DNA of 64,000 bases from contig JAZLAV010000008.1 in assembly GCA_045613315.1 (NCBI GenBank), forward strand, positions 84,828 through 148,827. Reading direction: 5' to 3'. This DNA is from Candidatus Enterousia sp. (GTDB taxonomy: Bacteria > Pseudomonadota > Alphaproteobacteria > Rs-D84). The position numbers were made by a program, and so were the translations under genes. The notes under the pieces are model-generated. The model saw only the letters and a list, made by a program, of their open reading frames with translations, was not told the origin of the DNA and did not search any database. Below are positions 18,277 to 28,072 of this stretch, in pieces. Every line of letters starts with the position of its first letter. Position 1 is the stretch's first letter.

Positions 18277-19050
18277 ATGAAAATTATGACGATAAATATA
18301 AACTCTATACGCGCCCACGTGGCAAGTTTTATTGATATTCTGCGGGCGGGTGAATACGATGTGATTTTGGTCCAGGAAATCAAAGTCGAAGATGCGTCGT
18401 TCCCGCATAATCTTTTTGATGAATTTGGGTATAATATTCGGGTGTTTGGGCAAAAAAGTTATAACGGCGTGGCAATTTTTTCCAAATATTCAATCGAAGA
18501 TGTATCACGCGGGTTGCCAAATTTTGCAGATCCTGCGGCCCGGTTAATCGAGTGTGTTATTGACGGGTGTGTTCGCGTGATAAATGTATATATGCCAAAT
18601 GGCGACATGGTTGATTCGCCAAAGTTTACATATAAATTGAATTGGATGCACGCGTTTACAGATTATATTTCGCAGTATATCGATGGCGAAGAGCCGGTTA
18701 TTATCGGTGGTGATTTTAATGTCGCATTGACGGACAGGGATGTTTGGAATCCAAAAAACTATGAAGGTATCGCGATTGCCGCACCAGAGGCACGTGAAAT
18801 TATGCAATCGTGGTTGGATGCGGGATGGGTTGATGTGTGGCGTAAATTGCACCCAGATGTCACGGATTATACATGGTATGGTTATCGTGGACGCGATACC
18901 ATTGGAAATAACCAGGGGTTGCGGTTGGATTATTTCCTGGGTAATCGTATGGCGGGTAAAATGATTAAAAATTGCGAAATAGATATGTCACCACGATTGG
19001 CCGACAAACCAACCGACCATTGTGGGGTAATGATTGAATTAAAACAATAA
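18277..19050 (+). CDS. xthA: Exodeoxyribonuclease III
   Basis: NINSIRA, VQEIK, GGDFNV and DHCGV. Confidence 0.9.
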   Translation: MKIMTININSIRAHVASFIDILRAGEYDVILVQEIKVEDASFPHNLFDEFGYNIRVFGQKSYNGVAIFSKYSIEDVSRGLPNFADPAARLIECVIDGCVRVINVYMPNGDMVDSPKFTYKLNWMHAFTDYISQYIDGEEPVIIGGDFNVALTDRDVWNPKNYEGIAIAAPEAREIMQSWLDAGWVDVWRKLHPDVTDYTWYGYRGRDTIGNNQGLRLDYFLGNRMAGKMIKNCEIDMSPRLADKPTDHCGVMIELKQ

Positions 19051-19051
19051 A

Positions 19052-21604
19052 TCACAAATCGTTTATTCGGGCCAGGTCTTCGTACGCACTGTAGCGATTG
19101 TCACTTGTTTCATGATATTCGTATGGTGCGTTGCCGGCCGTAAAGATGTTGAACATTTCGGTTGCTTTGGCAACGGCGGCATCTATCATTAACTGGGTTG
19201 TGGCGGAATCGTATTCAATAATTTTTACATTATTGTTTTGTAATTGTAAAAACATCATAACCGGCGTTTTACTGCGGTCTGTGGTTGGAATCTTGAATCC
19301 GCCGGATTGTAACATAAGTGCTTCCAGTGGTAATTGTGGCATTGTGCCAGATTTTAATTGTGATTCCGTTGGTGCCGCACCAGTTTTTATGTCCATGACC
19401 ATACCATCGCAAATACGGTCTGCGCGTGCGCGAATTGTTCGTGTTGCGCCGTTCGTGCCGACGGGTATTTTTACAGAGCCACGAATTTCGGAATCTGCGG
19501 TTGGGTGGTTAATTAATTCATTCGCAATAACGGGTGCCATTTCCAAAAAACGTTTGTGCCAGAACCGGAACAGTACACCATTTGTTTTAAGTTTTTTTAT
19601 TGCCGCCGCATCCAATCGTGTGACCAGCATTGCTGGTGTGTCACCGGGTTTTGCGTTTTCAATGATTTTGTGAATCATTGTGCCAAAATCGCGTGCGTCC
19701 GGCCCCAACCAATAATCGTTAACCGGGTAAAGGCGCAATATGTGACGTGCATAAAATGCATATGGGTTATGAATAAGATATTCCAAATCAGTCACATAAA
19801 TGTCGGACCAATCGGCCGGTGGCGTTGGCGCAGAATAATCCAATGGTCGCAATTCAATATTGTCGCGTGCGTGAATTTCCGATACGATTTGGTTGCCCAA
19901 TTCTGAATCAAATTTTCCACCACGGGCCATAACACGCGATATAAATCGCGACTCGGTCGTGGATGTGCCGCCGGAAACAGTACTGCGTAACCAATACACA
20001 TCGTGGCCACACGAAAGGTTCATAAAATCCAACGACATTAATGATACCTTCCTGTCCGGTGACGGCAGACCAATTTTTTCAGAAATTGCAATCGGCAACC
20101 ATGCGTTTTCATAGCCCGTGGCCGGAAACATACCATCGTTCAAACCCGTTAAAATAATCACATCGGCCGTCTGCATGCGCGATTCAATTGTGCCCAAAAC
20201 ACAAACGCGCGTGTCGTTTGATGGTGTGCCACGGATAACAACCCCGGATAATGCGTCCGCAATAAATGCACGCGCGTCGGGCGTGCTTAATATAATATCA
20301 TTGTTTTTCAATGCGTTGGACAATTCACGTATGGCCAACCATACAGAAATTGAATCGTTATCCGTTGGATTAAAATTTGGTGACCAGACAACATCGGTTG
20401 CATCGTCAACAAGATGCAAAATCGTTTCAAATAAATCATATTTTGTTGATGCGTATAAATCGTCAAATTTGCGATTGTCCTGTTCAATCCATTCATCAAA
20501 TGCGTTTAAAATTGCGCGACCAATTGGATGCATTGTTGCCACGCGTCCACCGGAAAAATCTGCGGAAATGTTGTGTGCGACAAACGCGGATGCGATGCGC
20601 TGGTTCCCGGCGGCGTCGGGTGTGATTACCAATACAGATTTATTGTTGGCAATGGCATGTTGAACAATTTCAGAAACGGCGATTGCTTCGACACTTTCCC
20701 GGTCGCATTCCACAAAATGACAATGTGATACGGCGTTCGGATCGTCCGGTATTTTCGGATCATTACTAAATGCAGCGTTCATAAAATCGATGGTGTTTGA
20801 ATCGCCAACGTTTATTGGTCGGACATCCGATAAGTCACAACCAATACGGGATAAAAATTTATATTCTGAATAATACGGGTTTGTCGGTAATTCAAAATCC
20901 GATATGCGACCCGCGATTTTACCAGATAAAATAATTTTTCCGCATTCCATATTTGCAACGTATGCCATTAAATCAGCGGTGGCGGGAACACTGGCCGTGG
21001 AACCACAAACGATTACCAATTTATATTTGGAATCGTTCTTTTCCAGAAAATCTATCCATGCGCGAATGTCGGCGTTCCGTTGTTGTGTCGTTGTTGGTAA
21101 TCCGTGTGTTATGGCGGGTATGTTTTGTGATAATATTTGTAATATGCGTGCCTTGCCCTTGAAGTGTTCTGCAAACCGGTCATCGACCAATTCGGTCCAG
21201 TCGGTTTGTGCAACATCAATGCCTTCGTTTTCAAGATAGTCCGTTAATCGTACTAAATCATGTGCCACGGGCAGGGCGGCCGTGATGTTTCCAATGCTTT
21301 CGTCCGCCGATAACAGCCGGGCCAAAATTACCACGCGTTCCGTATTGGAAATTGTGTTTGGTGTGGCGGGTTCGTATTCTTCGGATTCATCAACACCGGC
21401 CCCCAACGCGACCAGATGTGGCAAAATTACGGCGCCACCATTTTTTGCGACCAGCATTTGTTCCACACTTCGCACGGCGCGACGACTTGGTAAGAATATA
21501 AGGATGTTCGATAACGCCACCCCCGATTCACAAATCGTTTGCCACAATGCATCCAACATATGCCCTGGATTTGTTGCGTAAAAAATGTTTTTATTTGATG
21601 CCAA
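19052..21604 (-). CDS. addB: Double-strand break repair protein AddB (alphaproteobacterial type)
   Basis: N-terminal IFLPSRRAVRS. C-terminal PD-(D/E)XK-like block RADRICDGMVMDIKTG...QLPLEAL. Confidence 0.7.
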   Translation of the reverse strand: MASNKNIFYATNPGHMLDALWQTICESGVALSNILIFLPSRRAVRSVEQMLVAKNGGAVILPHLVALGAGVDESEEYEPATPNTISNTERVVILARLLSADESIGNITAALPVAHDLVRLTDYLENEGIDVAQTDWTELVDDRFAEHFKGKARILQILSQNIPAITHGLPTTTQQRNADIRAWIDFLEKNDSKYKLVIVCGSTASVPATADLMAYVANMECGKIILSGKIAGRISDFELPTNPYYSEYKFLSRIGCDLSDVRPINVGDSNTIDFMNAAFSNDPKIPDDPNAVSHCHFVECDRESVEAIAVSEIVQHAIANNKSVLVITPDAAGNQRIASAFVAHNISADFSGGRVATMHPIGRAILNAFDEWIEQDNRKFDDLYASTKYDLFETILHLVDDATDVVWSPNFNPTDNDSISVWLAIRELSNALKNNDIILSTPDARAFIADALSGVVIRGTPSNDTRVCVLGTIESRMQTADVIILTGLNDGMFPATGYENAWLPIAISEKIGLPSPDRKVSLMSLDFMNLSCGHDVYWLRSTVSGGTSTTESRFISRVMARGGKFDSELGNQIVSEIHARDNIELRPLDYSAPTPPADWSDIYVTDLEYLIHNPYAFYARHILRLYPVNDYWLGPDARDFGTMIHKIIENAKPGDTPAMLVTRLDAAAIKKLKTNGVLFRFWHKRFLEMAPVIANELINHPTADSEIRGSVKIPVGTNGATRTIRARADRICDGMVMDIKTGAAPTESQLKSGTMPQLPLEALMLQSGGFKIPTTDRSKTPVMMFLQLQNNNVKIIEYDSATTQLMIDAAVAKATEMFNIFTAGNAPYEYHETSDNRYSAYEDLARINDL

Positions 21605-22145
21605 TGATTTTCCTTAGGTTTTCAATGCCAGTTTTTTTTGTCGCGGACGTTTCCAATACTTCGGCAATCATTGCGCCATGTGCGGTGTGTTCGATTTTGA
21701 TTTGGTCCGCTTCGCGGGTGCGTTTGTCTTTTTTGGTATAGACGATTTGGTACTTTATCGCATTGGCATCACAAAAATCCATTAAATCCAGGTCAGAATC
21801 GCGTGGCCCGATGCGTGAATCTATTAAAATAAATAATCTTTTTAACTGACCACGGTTTAACAAATATTCTTCCAATCGGGCCAGCCAACGCATGGCGTCA
21901 ATTTTTGATACGCGTGCATAACCGTATCCCGGTAAATCAACAATCATTATTTTGTCGTCAATATTAAAAAGATTCAGCGTCTGTGTTCGGCCCGGTGTGT
22001 TTGATGTGCGCGCAACCGGCGCACCAACAATTGCGTTTATTAACGACGATTTACCGACATTGCTGCGTCCCACAAATGCGTATTCAGCAAATTGTGTTTT
22101 TGGTAAAGATTTAACCGTTTCGAATCCGCCAACAAATCTAATCAT
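21591..22145 (-). CDS. engB: Ribosome biogenesis GTPase YihA/EngB
   Basis: ORF extends to 22253, but the EngB N-terminus aligns with the ATG at 22145. G1 GRSNVGKSSLINA, G3 DLPGYG, G4 TKKDK. Confidence 0.85.
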   Translation of the reverse strand: MIRFVGGFETVKSLPKTQFAEYAFVGRSNVGKSSLINAIVGAPVARTSNTPGRTQTLNLFNIDDKIMIVDLPGYGYARVSKIDAMRWLARLEEYLLNRGQLKRLFILIDSRIGPRDSDLDLMDFCDANAIKYQIVYTKKDKRTREADQIKIEHTAHGAMIAEVLETSATKKTGIENLRKIIGIK

Positions 22146-22938
22146 TTGTGCCCCCCGATTGCAGCATACGTTTATATGCCTCTTTTTTCGATATGCCGGC
22201 GCGTGCCGCCAAATTGGCCGCGGCTGATTTAGTAGATGTTGCGGCAATATCATTCACAATGTTGGTAATTTCACTGTCCGACATTTTGTGGTCGGGGGCG
22301 GGCGCAACAACAATAACAATTTCACCACGTGGTGGTTCAATGTGCATTAAATCCGCCGGGTATCCGATAATTGTTTCTTCGTGAATCTTGGTTATTTCAC
22401 GAACGATTGCGATTTGGCGTTCGGGCATAACGCGCGCCAATGCCGCAATAGTGTCCATTATACGATTCGGACTTTCATAATAAACGATTGTGTGGCGAAT
22501 GCGGTTGTCATCGTGTAATTTTTTTGCGTCAAAGAATCCACAAAATGTAAACCTGTCGGTTGGAAACCCAGACAACACCAATGCGGAAATAACCGCTGTT
22601 GGCCCAGGGACAACAAAAACGGGTATCTTTTCTGCGCGCGCGGCGCGAACCAATCTGAATCCGGGGTCACTAATCCCAGGCATACCGGCATCGGATACCG
22701 CCGCGATGGATGCGCCACCACGCAATTTTTCAATCAAATCCGGAACAATGTCGCGTTCGTTATGTTCGTGATGCGAAATGCGTTTCGTTTTTATTTCAAA
22801 ATGTGCCGCCAATTTGCCAAATACGCGTGTATCTTCGGCCGCAATTAAATCGACAGAACGCAGAACCTCTATGGCGCGTGGCGACATGTCGCCCAGGTTC
22901 CCAATTGGTGTTCCAACAATGTAAAGCCCTGATTGCAT
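22138..22938 (-). CDS. rsmI: 16S rRNA (cytidine1402-2'-O)-methyltransferase RsmI
   Basis: LYIVGTPIGNLGDMSPRA and AAEDTR; the size fits a tetrapyrrole-methylase fold. Confidence 0.9.
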   Translation of the reverse strand: MQSGLYIVGTPIGNLGDMSPRAIEVLRSVDLIAAEDTRVFGKLAAHFEIKTKRISHHEHNERDIVPDLIEKLRGGASIAAVSDAGMPGISDPGFRLVRAARAEKIPVFVVPGPTAVISALVLSGFPTDRFTFCGFFDAKKLHDDNRIRHTIVYYESPNRIMDTIAALARVMPERQIAIVREITKIHEETIIGYPADLMHIEPPRGEIVIVVAPAPDHKMSDSEITNIVNDIAATSTKSAAANLAARAGISKKEAYKRMLQSGGTND

Positions 22939-22974
22939 TTTCTAATCCTTTATAGTAAAATATTACAGAAATAA

Positions 22975-24558
22975 ATGGATTTTTCAATGCATATAAAAAC
23001 AATTTTCGGATTTTTGGTGTTGTGTGGGCTGCTGGCTGGGTGCGCTGGGGGGCCGCGTGGTAAATGGTCGGCGGAACAAACGGATGCGATATCGTCGCCG
23101 GCGGCAATGATGTACGGAACATATGCAGATTCCGCAAATCATCGTATGGCGGTCATTTTGCCAACAACCGGCGATGCGGCGGCGACCGGGCGTGCAATAC
23201 GGACATCGGTTGAAATGGCAACATTGGCGACAGGGGCAGAAAATCTGTCTGTGTCGTTCTTTGATTCGGCGCGTGGCGTGGATGCAATAAATGAAGCATT
23301 GATAATGAATCCAGAAATTATAATTGGGCCATTGTTTGCACATGATGCGCGATTGATTCGTGAATCAAAGCCATATGATTTACCGGTGTTGTCGTTCACA
23401 TCGGACGCAACCGCGATTGGTGATGGTGTTATGACAATGGCACTGATGCCCACCAATGGGGTAGAGGCTATTGTTCGCGAAATGAAATCGGACGGTGTGC
23501 GGCGGTTCGTGGTGTTGGCACCGGATACAGAATCGGGACATTTACTGGCCGGGGCAGCCCAAGGGGCGTCTGGTGTTTACAATGTTCAGTTGATGGGTGC
23601 GTTTTTCTATACCGAAAAAGACACAGATTCAATCAAATCTGCGACAATGCGTGCATCAATGAATGCGGCACGTACCGCGGCGCACACACGTGCGCGGGAA
23701 ATCTTGTCCGATATATTGACATCTGAACAGTTGACATCGATTGAACGGTCATCCGCTATTCGTCAATTGGATAAATTATCAAAACACGATGTGATTGGTG
23801 ATTTGCCATATGATGCGGTGCTGTATTTGGGGACGGGCGATGATACAAAATCACTGGCATCGTTTATGCGCTATTTTGGTGTGGGTGTGCGTGATGCAAA
23901 ATTCTATGGCACCGCAATGTGGGACGGAACGGATATTGCGTCCGATATAACAATGTCTGGGGCCAAGTATGCAACCATGGTGGATATGGACGAAACATTT
24001 GTTAATAATTATGAACGAATTGCCGGCGCAAAACCATCGCGCATTGCATCGTTCGGATATGATGCAACAAATATGGCGATTGGAATGCTCTATTCAGACA
24101 AATTACAGAACGCATATTTGCTGGACCCATCTGGATATGCTGGGGTGGATGGAATTGTGCGTATTCGTCCAAATGGCGCAAATGAACGCGCGTTGCGTAT
24201 TATGGAATTGACGGGCGATGGTGAACCGCGCGTGGTTAAAAATGCGGCGACCGACTTTATGACGCCAATTTATAATATTGACCAGCGAAATATCACACCG
24301 ATTGCGTCTGATATGCAATTACAGACACGTGGTGTAAATGCAATGAATTATATCACGATACCGGAACGTCTGCGTGGAAAATATAAATCAAAAACGTATG
24401 GCGCCAATATGACCACAACAACAAATGCCCCGTTGGTTGATGTTGTGACCGTATTGCCCGAAGACGACCGCGACCCGGTGGTAATGGAAAATTACAAACC
24501 GGTTAAACTGAGCCCGGTGAAACAGACACTTATTGACAGTATTGAAGTGGAAGAATAG
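22975..24558 (+). CDS. LppC/LpoA-family periplasmic-binding-fold lipoprotein (putative PBP activator)
   Basis: Lipobox LLAGC. The body resembles a type I periplasmic-binding fold. It is divergent from rsmI, as in the rsmI-lpoA arrangement. Confidence 0.55.
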   Translation: MDFSMHIKTIFGFLVLCGLLAGCAGGPRGKWSAEQTDAISSPAAMMYGTYADSANHRMAVILPTTGDAAATGRAIRTSVEMATLATGAENLSVSFFDSARGVDAINEALIMNPEIIIGPLFAHDARLIRESKPYDLPVLSFTSDATAIGDGVMTMALMPTNGVEAIVREMKSDGVRRFVVLAPDTESGHLLAGAAQGASGVYNVQLMGAFFYTEKDTDSIKSATMRASMNAARTAAHTRAREILSDILTSEQLTSIERSSAIRQLDKLSKHDVIGDLPYDAVLYLGTGDDTKSLASFMRYFGVGVRDAKFYGTAMWDGTDIASDITMSGAKYATMVDMDETFVNNYERIAGAKPSRIASFGYDATNMAIGMLYSDKLQNAYLLDPSGYAGVDGIVRIRPNGANERALRIMELTGDGEPRVVKNAATDFMTPIYNIDQRNITPIASDMQLQTRGVNAMNYITIPERLRGKYKSKTYGANMTTTTNAPLVDVVTVLPEDDRDPVVMENYKPVKLSPVKQTLIDSIEVEE

Positions 24559-24581
24559 GTTGTATGTTGTAGGTTATAGGT

Positions 24582-24606
24582 AAACGCGCCATTCGGCGCG
24601 TTTTTC
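24582..24606 (+). terminator. Rho-independent terminator
   Basis: ACGCGCC ATTC GGCGCGT followed by TTTTT. Confidence 0.8.
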
Positions 24607-24609
24607 TTT

Positions 24610-24795
24610 TGTCATTGCGAGAAGTCCGCAGGACGACGTGGCAATCCATAGTTGTGATCCCGGCGGATGCCGGGATCCAGAGTGAAGCGACAGCGGAACG
24701 GTGCTGCGCGGTGACTAGTTTGTTCGCCGATGCAATCGGCGAATTGCCTGCGGCGCAGTGGATCCCCGCCTTCGCGGGGATGACGGTGCTTAATA
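24610..24795. repeat. Modular hairpin-cassette repeat, copy 1 (modules B-A-x-C)
   Basis: Module B: TGTCATTGCGAG...GCAATCCA (24610-24648). Module A: GTGATCCCGGCGGATGCCGGGATCCAG (24654-24680). Hairpin TCGCCGATGCAATCGGCGA. Module C: TGGAT-CCCCGC-CTTC-GCGGGG-ATGACGGTGCTTAATA (24759-24795). Confidence 0.8.
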
Positions 24796-24823
24796 CCTGC
24801 AACCAACAACTTACAACCTATAA

Positions 24824-26155
24824 CTATTTCCCCAAACAGAGTTGTGAAAATGTTGCGTCCATGACGTCGGCTGCGGTGATTGTGCCAAGAATTTTGCCAA
24901 TTGCGTCCGCGCCGGCGCGGACATGTTCGGCTATTAAATCATAATTTTCGTTTTTGATTTCCGTTGCCGACTTTAATTCGTCACGCGCATTTTCCAGTAA
25001 GCCTTTTGTGCGGGCGTTAATAACCAACGCATTTTCCGTGTCGTCTGTTAATTTGTGCAGGTGCGCACGAATAACATTTAACAGTTCGTCAACACCATCG
25101 CCGGTTTTTGCAGAAACATAAATGGCATTTTTTTGTCCGTCTGCGCTTTGCTCCGTCGTGACAGAGCGTTTTGTTTTTATTAAATCGGATTTATTTACAA
25201 CGACAATTTCATTGTTGGCGATTTTCGCTAGGCCGGCTTTTTCGGCATATACACGAATTATCATGTCCGCATTTTCAATTTCGTTCTTGGTGCGTTCAAT
25301 ACCAATCTTTTCAATCGTGTCGTCGGTTTCATCGCGCAGGCCCGCCGTATCGGAAATATTTACCATGTATCCATCAATATCCAATGTCGCCGACACAACA
25401 TCGCGCGTGGTGCCAGGAATGTCGGAAACAATTGCGCGGTTTTGCCCAACGATTTGATTAAACAGTGACGATTTTCCAACATTTGGTTCGCCCACCAGTG
25501 CGATATTAAAACCGCCGCGTACCGCGCGCGCCGCCGCATAGCGCGACAGTGCGTTGTCAATTTCGCGATATAATTTTTTTGTTTTTGTAATAACGGTTTT
25601 ACCAATGTTTTCGGGTAAATCGTCCGCGTCATAGTCCAAAATTGCCGCCGCGTATGCGGCAATTTCAATCATTTGTGTGCGCCAATTATCATAAATCGTG
25701 CTGTCGCGTCCCATCATTCCGGCAATCGCTGATTTTCGTTGAACATCCGTTTGTGCGTCCAATAATGCCGCCAATCCGTCAATGTCCGCCAAGCCCATTT
25801 TGTTGTTATAAAATGCGCGACGTGAAAATTCGCCTGGCGTTGCCATGCGCATATTGTTTGATGATAAAAAATCAAAGATTTTTTCAATTACCGCCGGTGC
25901 GCCGTGCGACGCAATTTCAATAACGTCGGTTCCGGTGAAAGAGTGGGGTGCGACAAAATATGTGACAATGCATTGGTCAATCATGTCGCCCGCATTATCG
26001 TGCAGGTTCACAAAATATGCATGGCGGGGTTCGGGTCCAAACCGCCCCAGAATCTTTTCGGCAAAATCATTCAGGTTATCGCCAGATATGCGAATTACCG
26101 CAACACCCGATTTGCCGTGGCCCGAAGAAAGCGCAAAAATTGTGTCGTTATTCAT
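24824..26155 (-). CDS. mnmE: tRNA modification GTPase MnmE
   Basis: GEPNVGKSSLFN, DTAGLR, and the C-terminal CLGK motif. Confidence 0.95.
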   Translation of the reverse strand: MNNDTIFALSSGHGKSGVAVIRISGDNLNDFAEKILGRFGPEPRHAYFVNLHDNAGDMIDQCIVTYFVAPHSFTGTDVIEIASHGAPAVIEKIFDFLSSNNMRMATPGEFSRRAFYNNKMGLADIDGLAALLDAQTDVQRKSAIAGMMGRDSTIYDNWRTQMIEIAAYAAAILDYDADDLPENIGKTVITKTKKLYREIDNALSRYAAARAVRGGFNIALVGEPNVGKSSLFNQIVGQNRAIVSDIPGTTRDVVSATLDIDGYMVNISDTAGLRDETDDTIEKIGIERTKNEIENADMIIRVYAEKAGLAKIANNEIVVVNKSDLIKTKRSVTTEQSADGQKNAIYVSAKTGDGVDELLNVIRAHLHKLTDDTENALVINARTKGLLENARDELKSATEIKNENYDLIAEHVRAGADAIGKILGTITAADVMDATFSQLCLGK

Positions 26156-26157
26156 CT

Positions 26158-26733
26158 TTACTTTCCACTTATGTTTTTCAATGCGATTGGAACCAATTGT
26201 GCGACATCTGCGTTTGGATTGTCGGCAACCAAGCGTTGTGCCATGTCAATAATATCCAACCGGCGATATCCCAAACTTTCCAGTGCTGCCAGTAAATCGG
26301 GCAATGCACCCGTCGTACCATCTGCACCGCCAAAATCAAACGATGCGCCGCCGATTTTGTTTTTCAATTCAACAATGATTTTTTCGGCAACCTTTTTCCC
26401 GACACCGGGCGCGGTCGCAATAGTTTTTGCGTCACCAGTCGCAATGGCGGACATAAGTGTATCGGTCTTTATCGTGCCCATTATAGCCAGCGCGACCTTG
26501 GGTCCCACACCCGACACGGTTGTTAACTGGTTAAACAGGTTTTGGGCGGCAATGGTCGAAAACCCGAACAATCTTATGGAATCTTCGCGAACAATCGTTT
26601 CAATCCAAAGTGTTACGGTTGATTTGGGGGTGAGGTATTCCGGGGTAAAAATCTTGTACCCGACATCGTGTACCAATAAAATTACGAACCCATCGCCAAT
26701 ATAATCAACAATGCCTTGCAATTTTCCAATCAT
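26158..26733 (-). CDS. ruvA: Holliday junction helicase subunit RuvA
   Basis: MIGKLQG N-terminus. HhH motifs GVGPKVA and GVGKKVA. Confidence 0.9.
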   Translation of the reverse strand: MIGKLQGIVDYIGDGFVILLVHDVGYKIFTPEYLTPKSTVTLWIETIVREDSIRLFGFSTIAAQNLFNQLTTVSGVGPKVALAIMGTIKTDTLMSAIATGDAKTIATAPGVGKKVAEKIIVELKNKIGGASFDFGGADGTTGALPDLLAALESLGYRRLDIIDMAQRLVADNPNADVAQLVPIALKNISGK

Positions 26734-26783
26734 TTGTTATCCTTTTGGGGTAATTCTAAACCAATTAAAGCAAAAGGTCAAAT

Positions 26784-27500
26784 ATGAGTGGGCACAGCAA
26801 ATGGCATAATATTCAGCATAAAAAAGGGCTGGTTGATGCGGCGCGCAGCGGGTTATTTACCAAGCTGGCGCGCGAAATAACAATGGCGGCAAAGTTGGGT
26901 GATCCAAACCCAGACAACAATCCGCGGTTGCGTTTGGCTATTTTACAGGCGCGCAAAAACTCTATGCCGAACGATAATATCAAACGTGCAATTGACAAGG
27001 CGTCGGGCGCAAACACCGAAAACTATGTTGCCGTGCGGTACGAAGGATATGGTCCCGGTGCCGTACCATTTATTGTTGAGGCATTAACCGACAACCCGCG
27101 CCGCACAGTGCCCGAAGTTCGCAATATCTTTGCCAAGAACGGGGGCAATATGGGCGAAGAGGGTTCCGTTGTGTTTATGTTCACGCGTGCGGGGCAAATT
27201 ATGTATCCGGCATCAATCGGTAAAACCGAAGACGAAATGATGGAAATCGTTATGGATGCAGGTGCGGACAACCTTGAAACTTCACCCGAAGGGTTCATTA
27301 TCACAACCAAGCCAGACGATTTTATGACGGTGCAAAAGGCGTTGGGTGATACACTGGGTGAACCAGAAAATGCGGAATTGACATGGATACCGAATATGCC
27401 AATGGATTTGGACGATGAAGCCTATGCCAAGGTGGAAAAATTGGTCGATGCATTAAACGACAACGACGACGTGCAAAAGGTATTCACCGCCGCGGCGTAA
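26784..27500 (+). CDS. yebC: YebC/PmpR-family transcriptional regulator
   Basis: MSGHSKWHNIQHKK N-terminus and the family-typical length. Confidence 0.9.
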   Translation: MSGHSKWHNIQHKKGLVDAARSGLFTKLAREITMAAKLGDPNPDNNPRLRLAILQARKNSMPNDNIKRAIDKASGANTENYVAVRYEGYGPGAVPFIVEALTDNPRRTVPEVRNIFAKNGGNMGEEGSVVFMFTRAGQIMYPASIGKTEDEMMEIVMDAGADNLETSPEGFIITTKPDDFMTVQKALGDTLGEPENAELTWIPNMPMDLDDEAYAKVEKLVDALNDNDDVQKVFTAAA

Positions 27501-27606
27501 AAATAAATTATAATAACAAATCTGCTTGCCGTTGGTTCACTCATGTGGGTTTACTACACTACGTTTACCAACGGCTTCGCGTCTTCATCATTCTAATTTA
27601 TTTTTT

Positions 27607-27636
27607 AAACACCGGCATTTACCGGTGTTTTTTTTG
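27607..27636 (+). terminator. Rho-independent terminator downstream of yebC
   Basis: ACACCGG CATTTA CCGGTGT followed by a T-run. Confidence 0.8.
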
Positions 27637-27656
27637 TTCTTGTTCAAGTTTATACT

Positions 27657-27797
27657 GTCATCCCGGGCTTGACCCGGGATCTAGGTAAATATGTCGCGCA
27701 CTTTGTGCGCGTGCTTTATTACTACCTGGATCCTATGGTCAAGTCATAGGATGACAATAATGGATTGCCGCGGTCGTTTCACTCCCTCGCAATGACA
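27657..27797. repeat. Modular hairpin-cassette repeat, copy 2 (modules A-x-C-B inverted)
   Basis: Module A variant: GTCATCCCGGGCTTGACCCGGGATCTAG (27657-27684). Hairpin GCGCAC..GTGCGC. Module C variant: TGGAT-CCTATG-GTCAAG-TCATAGG-ATGAC (27727-27760). Inverted module B: TGGATTGC...CTCGCAATGACA (27761-27797). Confidence 0.75.
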
Positions 27798-27857
27798 AAG
27801 GTGCTTTTTAGCCACAAACAAAATATATTCCAATTTAACATTTTTCTGTGATATAAG

Positions 27858-28056
27858 ACGAAGTGAATCCGATGGGAATTGGGTTCGGGACTTAGAACAT
27901 CCCAAGTTTGTGCGGCACAAAAGTGTCGTAATCCGCTTATGGTGCGCTTGTGCCATACCCTGACTGTTATGGTCGGGGTGCCACGTAAGTGGGGGCATTC
28001 ACACACTTGCCTGTTCTAACGCCCCGACCGCCATTCCATTGGCGGTTTAATTTTTT
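27858..28056 (+). promoter_or_regulatory. Unclassified structured leader or small RNA ending in an intrinsic terminator, immediately upstream of the Imm-like ORF
   Basis: Possible promoter: TTCCAA (27828) N18 TATAAG (27852). Helices seen: 27873-77/27900-04, 27914-20/27949-55, and a 10-bp stem 27971-80/28020-29 that encloses two hairpins. Terminator stem 28027-33/28040-46 is followed by a T-run. The SD AGGAGA follows at 28063. Confidence 0.4.
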
Positions 28057-28072
28057 ATAAAAAGGAGAAAAA

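Noticed and set aside
24530-24944. ORFs 24609..24944(+), 24530..24802(-) and 24612..24809(-), encoding peptides such as VIPADAGIQ and WIPAFAGMT
   Set aside because: These are translations of the palindromic repeat cassettes in an intergenic region. There is no SD, they overlap on both strands, and the same pseudo-peptides recur wherever the repeat occurs (also 28276..28599, 28323..28514, 28385..28576).
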